DNA of 64,000 bases from an uncultured delta proteobacterium (GTDB lineage Bacteria > Desulfobacterota > Desulfomonilia > Desulfomonilales > Desulfomonilaceae): contig CAWBKB010000001.1 in NCBI GenBank assembly GCA_963789265.1, forward strand, positions 1,952,001 to 2,016,000. The letters run 5' to 3'. Every line of letters begins with the position of its first letter. Within the stretch, counting starts at the first letter, position 1. Position numbers and translations under genes: made by a program. Positions 46,207 to 55,634 of this stretch are shown here, piece by piece. The notes beneath the pieces are model-generated. The model ran no database searches. It was not told where the DNA came from and saw only the letters and a list, made by a program, of their open reading frames with translations.

Positions 46207-47613
46207 TCAATTGTAGAGCGCTTTCGAGATAGACAACTCCATCTGGGTCGCGCTTCTCCATCTTTTTGCAGGTTCTTTTTCCAGGCATTTGAGAATCATG
46301 GCGTCCAACCAGGCTGGAATTGTGAACTTGTGCACTCTTGGCGGAACCGGAAATGTCTTCAGATGAGCAAAACCATATTCGTCCGTATTTGAGGCCGAGA
46401 AAGGCGATTTGCCCGTCAATAACCTGTAAAGCAAAACACCCACTCCATAGATGTCCACGGAAAAGGCGTTAAGTGATTTGGGCTCCAGTAGAAAAGCTTC
46501 AGGAGCGAGGCACGAAGGGTCAACCGCAGGTTCTTCCGAAAGTCGGCGCCTGTGGCCGCGAAGGTCAATCAAAGATTGCAGGACCCCGCAATCCATAAGC
46601 TTCACCACTTTCTTCCGGTCATCAAAGAGGAATGAGGAAAGCTGGAGGCTGAGGTGTGGCAGCCGTCGCACAACACCGTCTGTTCCGCGATGCAGGTGAG
46701 AATAGCCGACACTGTTCAGGATCTGGGGTAGCAATTCCATGATCATATCGAGGGACAAGCCCTCCGGCTCCTGCCGAACAAGTGTCTCCAGGCTCATGGA
46801 ACCATATTCGTGAACGAGTGCCTGATGCCCTTGCAAGCTCGCCGATCCGTAAACCTTTATGACGTTTGGATCAACCATTGTTGATTGATATTGGATTATT
46901 CTCTGGAGCATTAGACCGAGATCCGCACCCTCGGCCACACAAGAGTCAAACACTCTAAGGGACAAGTTAGGGCCTTTATCATCCGCGGATCCGATCTCAT
47001 ATAGGGCAGCATGTGGGGCTGCTGCAATGATGCGGTTAAGTTCGTAATTCTCTCCGTCAACACCCGTGAGGGTCCCGGGCAACAATGAAAATTGTTCAAC
47101 ACGCATTCCCACCAGCTTGAGCCAGTCTGCGGACACGCGGGAGTGCGTCGGCACAGCGTCCTCAGATGGGGTCTGAAGCGGGCCGTTTGGCAGCTCGACT
47201 GCTTTTGGTGAAAACGCGCTCGCGGCTGAACCAAGACCTTCGCCTATGATCTCTTGTGCTGGAACAGGGGAGTTGCCTGGCGGAGATTCGCCTCTGGTGC
47301 TGGTTGCGCGGGATCTGGCGACTTCAGTCCCACATGCGGGGCAGCGATGGAAAGGATGCGGGTGCATGTGGCTGCAAACCGGGCAATGGTACAACGACTT
47401 TAAGAACCGTTTTTCTTCATGGATTTCTGCTTCTTCAACGATCCTGTTTCGGGTGAAATATTGCTCCTTGGTTATGACTCCTTCGTTCATGAGTTTCTTA
47501 ATGATGACAACCATTTGATTGGGTTTAAGCTGGTGCTTCGCGAGCAAATCTCGGTCCTTCACTCCGCGACAGTAGTCCGCAACAAATTCCCGAATATCAA
47601 CCTTGACACTCAT
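46207..47613 (-). CDS. Hanks-type kinase-fold protein, probably a pseudokinase, with N-terminal helical domain and Zn ribbon
   Basis: CPVC..CPAC; LAPE, DIYGVG, LTGKSPF, KCLEKEPAKRW retained; catalytic motifs altered. Confidence 0.85.
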   Translation of the reverse strand: MSVKVDIREFVADYCRGVKDRDLLAKHQLKPNQMVVIIKKLMNEGVITKEQYFTRNRIVEEAEIHEEKRFLKSLYHCPVCSHMHPHPFHRCPACGTEVARSRATSTRGESPPGNSPVPAQEIIGEGLGSAASAFSPKAVELPNGPLQTPSEDAVPTHSRVSADWLKLVGMRVEQFSLLPGTLTGVDGENYELNRIIAAAPHAALYEIGSADDKGPNLSLRVFDSCVAEGADLGLMLQRIIQYQSTMVDPNVIKVYGSASLQGHQALVHEYGSMSLETLVRQEPEGLSLDMIMELLPQILNSVGYSHLHRGTDGVVRRLPHLSLQLSSFLFDDRKKVVKLMDCGVLQSLIDLRGHRRRLSEEPAVDPSCLAPEAFLLEPKSLNAFSVDIYGVGVLLYRLLTGKSPFSASNTDEYGFAHLKTFPVPPRVHKFTIPAWLDAMILKCLEKEPAKRWRSATQMELSISKALYN

Positions 47614-47690
47614 CCTTCGCACCTGCAGCGTGTCGGAGCCCTAACCACGCGAGGAGAACCTGGTCCTTGGGATTTCAACCGCCGGCATCT

Positions 47691-47960
47691 CTAGTGCCCG
47701 CGAAGCTGATGCTCCCACCATTGGATATCCGAATGAACAAGACCTGACGTATCATTTGACTTTAGGATATCATCTATCCACGCCAGAGATTCATCCGGAG
47801 TGTGGCTGTAAATCCTATCCCATGCTTTTCCTCCGGCAATCCCGAAAAGCAGAACCGTCACCACAGCGTTCGCGAAGTCTTCGGGAACCTCTCCCGGAAT
47901 GTGCAACCGGCGCTCAGAGGCCATCATCTTCATCCTGACAATCTTCGATGAAATAGCCAA
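47691..47960 (-). CDS. Small hypothetical protein
   Basis: 89-aa ORF, co-oriented and just upstream of the pseudokinase. Confidence 0.45.
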   Translation of the reverse strand: MAISSKIVRMKMMASERRLHIPGEVPEDFANAVVTVLLFGIAGGKAWDRIYSHTPDESLAWIDDILKSNDTSGLVHSDIQWWEHQLRGH

Positions 47961-48563
47961 CTATACTGTGCGACGATCAGGGAACTCCAAATGTAATCCC
48001 CCTCCTTACCAGCCAAAAGAAATTTTTGACAAAGGACGCAATTCCCCTTCCCCTGCCCGGCGTCAGCAGTCAAACGACGGTCCACAGCCGACGAGCTTGT
48101 GAAGCCGCTCCGGAAAGGGCCCTCCTTCCAATGGACCCGGCGAGCACCGTGTGATGAAACCATCTCGGGGAACGCTCCGCAGTGTTCGCGAGCACTTGCG
48201 CCTTACGTTCCTTCATATAATAATGCACTGAGACCTCTTTTCACAAGAGATGCTGCTAGGTGGCATCATAATTCGAGGAGGCCCGAGCAGAGAGAAAGGG
48301 TAGCGGGAGAAACAAAATTGCGATTATTTCGCCGGAAAAATGATTCACCACCCGGTTTTCGGTTCACCGGCTTCGCACTTCCTCTACCACTCTTCTTCGA
48401 AAAATAACCCGCTTGTCAATATTCGATCAAGATGATAACCTGCACTATGTCACGTTTTGCTGCAAAGATCTCTCATTTCGAGTTATAGCATTTCACGTCA
48501 AGAATGTTGGCCGCGCCTTGGGTAAGGTCTCAAACTTTCGGAGCATTTTCAAAGGAGAATGTC

Positions 48564-49622
48564 ATGGGTATATGGGATTTTGTAAAAGAGGAACTCATAG
48601 AGGTAATCTCCTGGCTGGATGACACGGAAGATACCCTCGTGTGGCGTTTTCCGCACGAGGGTCGCGAGATAAAGATGGGTGCCAGGCTTACCGTGAGAGA
48701 GGCTCAGGCCGCGGTCCTAGTCAATGAAGGGCAGCTTGCGGACGTCTTCACTCCCGGGCTTTACACTTTGACCACGCAGAACATGCCTGTGCTGACCAGA
48801 CTGCGATCCTGGAAGTACGGGTTTGAGTCACCATTCAAAGTAGACGTATATTTTGTGAGCACTCGCAATTTCCTCGATCTGAAGTGGGGAACCCAGAACC
48901 CCATCATGATGCGGGATGCTGACATGGGTGTAGTTCGACTAAGGGCTTTCGGCACTTACAACATCCGCGTAACGCAGCCCGGTACATTCATCAAACAGGT
49001 AGTAGGAACTGACGGGTGCTATACCACTGAGGAAATCGAAGGACAACTTCGAAGTATGCTGGTATCGGCTTTCAGCGGTATGCTCGGCTCATCCAAGATC
49101 GCTGCTCTGGATCTGGCCGCAAATTATGGAAGCATGGGAGACCAGGCCAAGACCTCCATGCAGCCGAATTTTCAAAATTACGGGATTTCTCTGAGCCGAT
49201 TTGTAATCGAAAATATCTCTCTCCCTCCCGAGGTCGAGAAGATGCTGGACACTCGCTCTCAGATGGGCATTGCGGGGGACATGGGTCGTTTCACGCAATT
49301 CCAGACGGCCCAGGCAATCCCTGAAGCGGCGCGTTCAGGCGGAGCGGGAGGATTTACCGGAATGGGGGTCGGCGTGGCAATGGGTCAACAGATGGCCGGC
49401 GCGATGGCAGCAGGCCTCTCACAGTCAAAAGCGGAGTCTCCGTCCACTCCTCAGCCTCAGGCCCAGGGGAAATTTTGTGGCCAGTGCGGAAAGCCGGTAG
49501 GTGCGGATGCGAAGTTCTGCCCTGAATGTGGGGCTCCACAGAGTGCCAATTGCCCTAAGTGCGGAAAGACCAATACCTCGGACGCACGATTCTGTCAGGA
49601 GTGCGGAGAGAAGTTGAAATAG
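48564..49622 (+). CDS. SPFH/band-7 (YdjI-like) protein with double zinc ribbon
   Basis: LTVREAQAAV, PGLYTL.TQNMP, KWGTQNP, LRAFG; C-terminal CGQC/CPEC/CPKC/CQEC; AAGGAG RBS. Confidence 0.92.
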   Translation: MGIWDFVKEELIEVISWLDDTEDTLVWRFPHEGREIKMGARLTVREAQAAVLVNEGQLADVFTPGLYTLTTQNMPVLTRLRSWKYGFESPFKVDVYFVSTRNFLDLKWGTQNPIMMRDADMGVVRLRAFGTYNIRVTQPGTFIKQVVGTDGCYTTEEIEGQLRSMLVSAFSGMLGSSKIAALDLAANYGSMGDQAKTSMQPNFQNYGISLSRFVIENISLPPEVEKMLDTRSQMGIAGDMGRFTQFQTAQAIPEAARSGGAGGFTGMGVGVAMGQQMAGAMAAGLSQSKAESPSTPQPQAQGKFCGQCGKPVGADAKFCPECGAPQSANCPKCGKTNTSDARFCQECGEKLK

Positions 49623-49630
49623 GCCGGGCT

Positions 49631-50326
49631 TCACAATAAGGGCAGAAGCGGACACTGTTCACAAAGAGGTTTTTTCTTACAGTAGTGATGCCCCGCATCC
49701 ACCAGTTGCGCATGAAAGTCATTGAATAGTGTCACATCCGAGGGCAAGTTCGTCTCGAATAGCTGCCTAATGGTGTCGTAATCGGCATTTTCGGTCACGA
49801 GACCGTGACGGTAGAAGATTCTTTTGGTGTAGGCGTCCACGACAAAGATTGGCTTGCCGGCGGCATAGAGAATGATGCTGTCCGCGGTCTCTTTTCCGAT
49901 GCCCTTTATGGAAAGCAATTCCGCTCGCAACAGAACAATCAGTTTGGAAAAGAGCGATTCCAAATCCCCGCCATGTTTTTCCACGAGATGATTTACAAAA
50001 TTCCGCAGTCGTAGCGCTTTCACATTGTAATAACCTGCGGGTCTGATGATTTCCGAAAGCTCCTCGTGAGCGGTACGATATATCGTGAACGGATCGAGCA
50101 CACCTGCGGCTTTGAGATTGCCGATGGCCTTTGCCACATTATTCCATGATGTATTTTGAGTCAGCACTGCTCCGACGCACACTTCGAATGGAGAGTTTGC
50201 GGGCCACCAGTTTCGGGGGCCGAAACGTTCGCGCAGTGCTCGGTACATTTGCATCAAGAGAGTTCGAGTGGCGGCCTTCTTTATGGGCGGCCTATCCTGG
50301 TAGGTTCGCAGAGCAACCTGCTTCAT
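49631..50326 (-). CDS. Endonuclease III-related HhH-GPD protein
   Basis: WWPA.SPFEV.VGAVLTQNTSW, LLSIKGIGKETADSI, FVVDAYT, C-terminal CKKKPLCEQCPL. Confidence 0.92.
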   Translation of the reverse strand: MKQVALRTYQDRPPIKKAATRTLLMQMYRALRERFGPRNWWPANSPFEVCVGAVLTQNTSWNNVAKAIGNLKAAGVLDPFTIYRTAHEELSEIIRPAGYYNVKALRLRNFVNHLVEKHGGDLESLFSKLIVLLRAELLSIKGIGKETADSIILYAAGKPIFVVDAYTKRIFYRHGLVTENADYDTIRQLFETNLPSDVTLFNDFHAQLVDAGHHYCKKKPLCEQCPLLPLL

Positions 50327-50420
50327 ACCGTAACACTTTGCCTTGCTTGTGGATGTAATCGGGTAGTTTACAATAATTACCGGCTCTGAATTCGACTGTC
50401 AACTTAGGACGCCTTCAGAC

Positions 50421-50558
50421 AGTGTCCTAATTTGGGACACATTGGGCGGTCTCTACAAACCGTTACCCCGGACATCGATCTGTGGTCCAGTCCCGCGGAA
50501 CTCGGGATGGATTCCGGCGTTCGCCGGAATGACGGCCAGTAAATTAAATTAGGACACT
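50421..50558. mobile_element. MITE-like element with perfect 13-bp TIR
   Basis: AGTGTCCTAATTT / AAATTAGGACACT enclosing the palindrome GGATTCCGGCGTTCGCCGGAATGAC. Confidence 0.65.
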
Positions 50559-50639
50559 ACCCACCTTCGATCAAAATGGACTCGACACAACCGTTTTGGT
50601 ATAAAGAGGGTTCCTCCAATTCATTTCGGAGTTTGTATC

Positions 50640-51218
50640 GTGCTTCACATGCAGGTGCTTGTTCTTGCGCTGATGCCGCTCTTATCCGGCGTTGTTCCCC
50701 ATGGCGGCGAAATGGTTTCCCCTCTGGAACTGTTGGGAATTGAAAACCGCATTACATCCGACTTCATGGCCGGGACCTGGAAGTCCTCCGATGAATTTTT
50801 TCGATGGGGCGTGACCGACAAGGAAAAGGCGAAAGTAAGGTCTTTCAGGGGGCACGCGTTTATGGCGCTGCATAAGGACGGTGCCATGCGCATGATTAAT
50901 CTCTTCAGGCCGTCCGAAGGGCGATGGGACATTTCACCTGATGGGGTAGTAATCTTCGATCCCCGGCATTTCGAACGCGGGTCCCAGCTATTACCTGTGA
51001 AGAAACGGGATAAGGATAGGATTTGGCTCCTGCTTCCCTTCGCGGGAGGAGCCACGGGAATCGGTATGGTCCGGGTACCTGATGGGGAGATGCCCTCCGC
51101 CGACACGCACGTAGTCACGGATCAGAAGAAACGCACGAAGAATTTGTATCGCGGCCGTGTTCCCGTCAGAGAAAAGCCTGAAACCCCGACCACGCCCAGC
51201 GACGGGCCCAAGACCTAG
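50640..51218 (+). CDS. Hypothetical exported protein
   Basis: GGAG RBS, hydrophobic N-terminus, GTW..GRW pattern suggesting a lipocalin-like beta fold. Confidence 0.65.
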   Translation: MLHMQVLVLALMPLLSGVVPHGGEMVSPLELLGIENRITSDFMAGTWKSSDEFFRWGVTDKEKAKVRSFRGHAFMALHKDGAMRMINLFRPSEGRWDISPDGVVIFDPRHFERGSQLLPVKKRDKDRIWLLLPFAGGATGIGMVRVPDGEMPSADTHVVTDQKKRTKNLYRGRVPVREKPETPTTPSDGPKT

Positions 51219-51260
51219 GAGCCTGACCGTGGGCAATCCACGAACGTGGTCCGAGCCCTG

Positions 51261-51788
51261 TTATGGGAATGAGTTGTTAGTAGACTTGGGGGACGATTTT
51301 GAACCTAACCCACGACGACATTTAAGCTGCCGATCTTTTTCCAAGATTCTCATCAGGGCTGCTCTCAAATCCTCGTCTTTAATCGGCTCCAGCACCTGGC
51401 GCACCATTCTGGTATCCTTCTCGGTAGGGGGCGACGGGGCGTCCGCTTGAGGCTCGGGAGGTTTTGCTCGCGCCCAGGAACGCTGGTGAAATCGGATGTC
51501 GGTGATTGCCGCAACACGTTTCGGGAGGCAGGAGTTGATCTTTTCGAGAAGCACGTTCTTTATCGCGGCAATTTCGTTCATCCAGACGGAAGAGTCCACG
51601 GCCACGTAGAGTGTCGAGCCAACAAGCTTCTCCGCCTGAGCGTGGGTTGACACGGGGGCTTCGACAATCTTGGGCCACAACTGAATCACATTGTGGCGGG
51701 AAAGAGCAGATTGCAGTCCAAGACTGTTAAGAACTTTCCGAAGGGCTGCTCCTGCTGCTACCGGCTTGCTGTGAATGCGATATTTCAT
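51261..51788 (-). CDS. DUF721/DciA-family protein
   Basis: WPKIV..VSTHAQA...TLYVAVDSSVWMNEI...LLEKIN...ITDIRF. Confidence 0.85.
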   Translation of the reverse strand: MKYRIHSKPVAAGAALRKVLNSLGLQSALSRHNVIQLWPKIVEAPVSTHAQAEKLVGSTLYVAVDSSVWMNEIAAIKNVLLEKINSCLPKRVAAITDIRFHQRSWARAKPPEPQADAPSPPTEKDTRMVRQVLEPIKDEDLRAALMRILEKDRQLKCRRGLGSKSSPKSTNNSFP

Positions 51789-51849
51789 GGCAAATGGGTG
51801 GAAGCGGCCCTGGGGCGGCGTCCGTCAGCTCGTGAAATTGTCCGAACGA

Positions 51850-52335
51850 TCACGCGCATTCGGATGGATCTCCTTGGATCTTGGAAATTGCGTGCTCCAA
51901 GGCCGGCAGAACAGCTTGCAGGTTCTCAAGGGCCCCTTTGGGGCTTCCCGGCAGGTTGATTATCAAGGTCCGCCCGCGGACACCGGCCACGGCTCTGGAA
52001 ATCATCGCGTGCGGCGTCTTTGGCAGCCCGGCCAGCCGCATGGCCTCCGCCATCCCGGGTACAAGCCTCTCCACCACGGCCATGGTCGCTTCAGGTGTAA
52101 CATCTCGCGGTGAGAGACCGGTACCGCCGGTGGTCAATATGAGATCCGCGCCGTTCTCGTCAGCCCAAGAAATCAACTTGCTGCTGATTGCTTCTTTCTC
52201 ATCCGGAACGACAGCGCTCCAAGGCACATCAATACCGGCCGATTGAAGCATTCCAATCAGTTGGGGCCCCGAGGCATCGCTTCGCAACCCTTGGGCGGAC
52301 CGGTCACTAACCGTTAAGATTGCCGCACGCAACAT
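51850..52335 (-). CDS. mog: Molybdopterin adenylyltransferase (MogA/MoaB)
   Basis: ILTVSD, VPDE, TTGGTGLSPRDVTPEAT, INLPGSPKG. Confidence 0.95.
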   Translation of the reverse strand: MLRAAILTVSDRSAQGLRSDASGPQLIGMLQSAGIDVPWSAVVPDEKEAISSKLISWADENGADLILTTGGTGLSPRDVTPEATMAVVERLVPGMAEAMRLAGLPKTPHAMISRAVAGVRGRTLIINLPGSPKGALENLQAVLPALEHAISKIQGDPSECA

Positions 52336-52729
52336 GTTTGGCGAACCCTGTATCGCTCTCGCCGTATCCCTCTGTCCGGGGAATGCCCCGCTCGAAGTGG
52401 CGTACCTGCATATCGCCCGATTCCAGTGCCTGTTTAAGGAATCCGGCAGCCTTCCACGGATTCACTTTCGAACCGCACGTGAAGATATCGACTGCCGCGT
52501 ATCCGTGTTCGGGCCATGTATGAATTGTCAGGTGAGACTCGGCGATAACCACAACGCCGGATACACCCTGAGGGTTGAAATCCTGAAATGCAGTTTTCAG
52601 AACAGTAGCTCCCGCGACTTCTGCCGCTTGAGACATGATTTTTTCCAGGTAATCAAGGTTGTCGATTTTTTGCCTGTTACAGGACCAAAGCTCGATCAGA
52701 AGATGAATACCTAAGGCTTTCATCGTCAT
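52307..52729 (-). CDS. speD: S-adenosylmethionine decarboxylase proenzyme
   Basis: LGIHLLIEL, PQGVSGVVVIAESHLTIHTWPEHGYAAVDIFTCG (ES self-cleavage site). Confidence 0.96.
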   Translation of the reverse strand: MTMKALGIHLLIELWSCNRQKIDNLDYLEKIMSQAAEVAGATVLKTAFQDFNPQGVSGVVVIAESHLTIHTWPEHGYAAVDIFTCGSKVNPWKAAGFLKQALESGDMQVRHFERGIPRTEGYGESDTGFAKHVACGNLNG

Positions 52730-52903
52730 CCCCCGTACCGAGTCGGCTGTTTGCCTCTCGAAGAAATTGTTACCAAAAATTTACGGCCAGCAACCCGTCT
52801 TCGCAAATCGCTGACTGGGGAACATGGCCTGCCTCCGATGCCCTTAGATTCGACCGCTATGCAAATAGCCTTCAGGGATACTCCCCTTCCCTGGGCACAC
52901 GGT

Positions 52904-52932
52904 AAAAAAAATTGAGGAAGCCGACTTCCTCA
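52904..52932 (-). terminator. Intrinsic terminator/attenuator in the speD leader
   Basis: Minus strand TGAGGAAG-TCGG-CTTCCTCA (perfect 8-bp stem), then A and 8 T, ~175 nt upstream of the speD start. Confidence 0.8.
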
Positions 52933-53010
52933 CCAGTGCAGGTCAGGGTCTCAATCTTACGAGGAGGAAACCACTGGTTTCCCCGCTCAGGTCAAACCCT
53001 CCAGTCACAG
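52904..53010 (-). promoter_or_regulatory. Candidate cis-regulatory RNA (riboswitch/attenuator) upstream of speD
   Basis: Nested stems AGGGUUU/AGACCCU and GGGGAAACC/GGUUUCCUC; duplicated UGACCUG and ACUGG words; directly followed by the terminator. Confidence 0.55.
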
Positions 53011-53446
53011 ATTTTGTATGAGCGAAAGCGAGAAAAGAGGTACAAGCATCCCAACCGGAGGGGCAATATTCCCCGCAAAGAAGCTGCAAGGAAAGGATGT
53101 GAATCTTTTTCCGGTTCATCTGCCTGCCCCAGGGCGGTAAGCCCTTTTGATGAGTAAAACGTACCTATCTGTCTTTTTTTCTTGTCACTTGTCAAGCAAA
53201 AAAGATCCCTTTCGCGCCCTCATTTAACCTCGGTAAAATACCGTCTTCTCTTTAGCTTCGGGCCAAGGGATAGACCAGGAAAAAAAGACGCCTCAGGCCG
53301 AAACGCACGCGCAGACGACCTCTTCAGCGCCCTTAATGGAGTGCTTGATCAAAATCTTTTTGCCGAAGTCATAATAACTCAAGTTTCACTATCTGACAAT
53401 ATGCTTGTCACGCATTCACAAAACTGTGGCCGGTGGCGCCTGATCA

Positions 53447-54328
53447 TCATGTAGCCGGGGGACAAAGCCTAGCGAGACGGGCCGGTTCACCGCATCTGTG
53501 GCAGGTTTCTCGGCACGGGTCAAGGCGCGCCCGGCAGCGCCCGCAAAATCTGGGAGCATCGGTTTCCAGGAGGGGCACGGGGAACCCGCACCGACCGCAT
53601 TTTTCAGAAACTTCCGGTGTGTAAGCGCCGCAATTGGGGCAAGAGATCAACGGGCCCTCCCCCAACCGCGTGAAGGAATGGTTCTTCCGAAATTCTTGAA
53701 TCCTATAGTTCATGAGCCAGCCCATAAACGCCATAAGGGGTATTAAGTAGAGCATGGCCGTGCCGGGATAGGCCGCGACGAGGAAATTGTAGAATCCATG
53801 CAGGCAGGCAGCGACCAGGAACCCTTTGGTTATGGTCAAGAGCTCTCCCTCTCGCTGAAAACGTGCTAAGCCCATCGAATAGCCCCACATGGCGGCAAAC
53901 ATCACATGAGCAGGGGTGGCAAAAACCGCCCTGGGCACAACAATTGCCGGCCCGAGCATACCCATGTATATCGTGTTCTCCACCGATGCAAAGCCGAGAG
54001 CAGCAGTTGCGGAATAGACCAGTCCGTCAATCGGCTCCCGGAAATCGCTGCTCCTGTAAATGGAAATCCAGACTGCGGCCAGCTTGAAAAACTCTTCGAT
54101 CGGGCCGATCAGCAAAAAACTTACTTCTGCAGACCGTAAAAGCGTTGGCTGACGAAGTCCGGCACCTGTTAGATTTTCAACCACAAATGTTGGAATGGTG
54201 CACGCGCACCCGCACAAGAACACGCGAATGATATTCTCGAAGGACCTCAAATTGTTATGCGCCTTCCGATGAAAATACCACAACCATATCAATCCGGGCG
54301 TTAGCCCGAGAATCGGAAGAGCCGTCAC
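53447..54328 (-). CDS. PrsW-family intramembrane glutamic protease with C-terminal zinc ribbons
   Basis: GPIEEFFK, EPIDGLVY...LGFASVEN, PAH, LHGFYN; CPNC/CGRC/CGRC/CHRC. Confidence 0.9.
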   Translation of the reverse strand: MTALPILGLTPGLIWLWYFHRKAHNNLRSFENIIRVFLCGCACTIPTFVVENLTGAGLRQPTLLRSAEVSFLLIGPIEEFFKLAAVWISIYRSSDFREPIDGLVYSATAALGFASVENTIYMGMLGPAIVVPRAVFATPAHVMFAAMWGYSMGLARFQREGELLTITKGFLVAACLHGFYNFLVAAYPGTAMLYLIPLMAFMGWLMNYRIQEFRKNHSFTRLGEGPLISCPNCGAYTPEVSEKCGRCGFPVPLLETDAPRFCGRCRARLDPCRETCHRCGEPARLARLCPPAT

Positions 54329-54539
54329 AATATCATTACCTCGGAATTGACATTCTTGACCCCGGACCGTATAACACAGTGCCAGGAAAGAGCCAAGTCT
54401 TCGGAGAATTGCGATCGGTAAGTAAGTTGCGAAGACCTTTTCAGAGCTTTTATGGCCATAGTGTGAAAAGCGGGTCGCCGACACCGTAGTGGAGCCGGCT
54501 ACTGCGCACTCTACCGGCCCACAACTTCAGAAATTCAGT

Positions 54540-55607
54540 ATGACCGTATCTGCAGTCCAATTTCAATCTACGTGCTCTCCAGGCGACCAATTGGTTAGAT
54601 TGGAGGGCCTGGTAAAGTATTTTCCCGTTAAAGGAAGCTTCTTTCAGCGAGAAGACCTGCAGGTTCATGCTGTGGATGGCGTTGACCTCGAGATTTGCAA
54701 AGCAGAAACTCTGGGCTTGGTCGGTGAAACCGGTTGCGGCAAGACAACTCTGGGAAGGCTGATTCTAAGGCTGGAAAAGCCGACGTCCGGGCGTGTTCTA
54801 TTCGAAGGCGAGGATATAAGCTTCGCCGGAAGATCTGCGATGAGACAGGTGCGGCGCAAGCTGCAGGTCATCTTTCAAGACCCGTATTCGTCGCTTAACC
54901 CGCGGAGAACAGTCGAAAATATTATCATGGAGCCCTTGATCATTCATCGGATAGGAACCCCTTCTCAGCGACGAGAGAAGGTCCGGTCCCTAATGAACGA
55001 GGTCGGTTTGAGGGCGGAGTATTTGAAACGCTACCCTCACGAATTCTCGGGAGGACAGAGGCAGCGAATAGGTATCGCGAGGGCGCTGGCACTGAATCCC
55101 AGCCTGATTATTGCGGACGAGCCTGTATCTGCCTTGGATGTGTCAATCCGTTCGCAGGTGTTGAATCTAATGGAGGACTTGCAGGAAAAGTACGGATTAA
55201 CCTACCTCTTTATTTCGCACGACCTCTCTGTGGTGGAGCATATCTCGGACCGGGTCGCGGTAATGTACTTGGGAAAAATTGTCGAGATAGGATCGAAAGA
55301 GGATATTTACGCTCGACCGCTGCACCCGTATACCGAAGCACTACTCAGTGCTGTCCCTATTCCCGATCCCAAGTTACGGCGAAAAAGAATAATTCTGGAG
55401 GGCGATGTTCCGAGCCCCATTGATCCGCCGGCCGGCTGCCGTTTCCACCCCCGTTGCTGGTTACGGATTCCGGTGTGCACAGAGGTGGTACCTCTTTTGC
55501 ACGAGGTCGGTGCTGGCCACGCGGCAGCTTGCCACGTCCGAGCGCCGGCTTTCTCGGAAAATGAGCTTGAAGCCATGATGCCGCCGGCAATTCGGCCTAC
55601 TCATTGA
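54540..55607 (+). CDS. Oligopeptide/dipeptide ABC transporter ATP-binding subunit (OppF/DppF type)
   Basis: [54 protein letters not shown]. Confidence 0.95.
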   Translation: MTVSAVQFQSTCSPGDQLVRLEGLVKYFPVKGSFFQREDLQVHAVDGVDLEICKAETLGLVGETGCGKTTLGRLILRLEKPTSGRVLFEGEDISFAGRSAMRQVRRKLQVIFQDPYSSLNPRRTVENIIMEPLIIHRIGTPSQRREKVRSLMNEVGLRAEYLKRYPHEFSGGQRQRIGIARALALNPSLIIADEPVSALDVSIRSQVLNLMEDLQEKYGLTYLFISHDLSVVEHISDRVAVMYLGKIVEIGSKEDIYARPLHPYTEALLSAVPIPDPKLRRKRIILEGDVPSPIDPPAGCRFHPRCWLRIPVCTEVVPLLHEVGAGHAAACHVRAPAFSENELEAMMPPAIRPTH

Positions 55608-55634
55608 ATTTTTGTGCCACTCTCGCGCAAATCC

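Noticed and set aside
47961..48560. Long intergenic region with ORFs 48099..48407 and 48413..48622
   Set aside because: No protein-like signal; probably a divergent promoter region
52985..53003. GGAGG-GUU-UGA-C as a prfB-like +1 frameshift or readthrough producing an extended SpeD
   Set aside because: The +1 frame stops at 52943, the readthrough frame stops soon after the U-tract, and the speD frame has a TAA upstream of its start, so no fusion is possible
53100..53160. UACUCAUCAAAAG resembling the 5' end of a SAM-I riboswitch
   Set aside because: The downstream SAM-I core (kink-turn, GCAACC, GUGC) could not be found
54540..55607. Orphan OppF without permease genes
   Set aside because: Dispersed ABC ATPase genes are common and partners are probably elsewhere; the same applies to ahbA without ahbB
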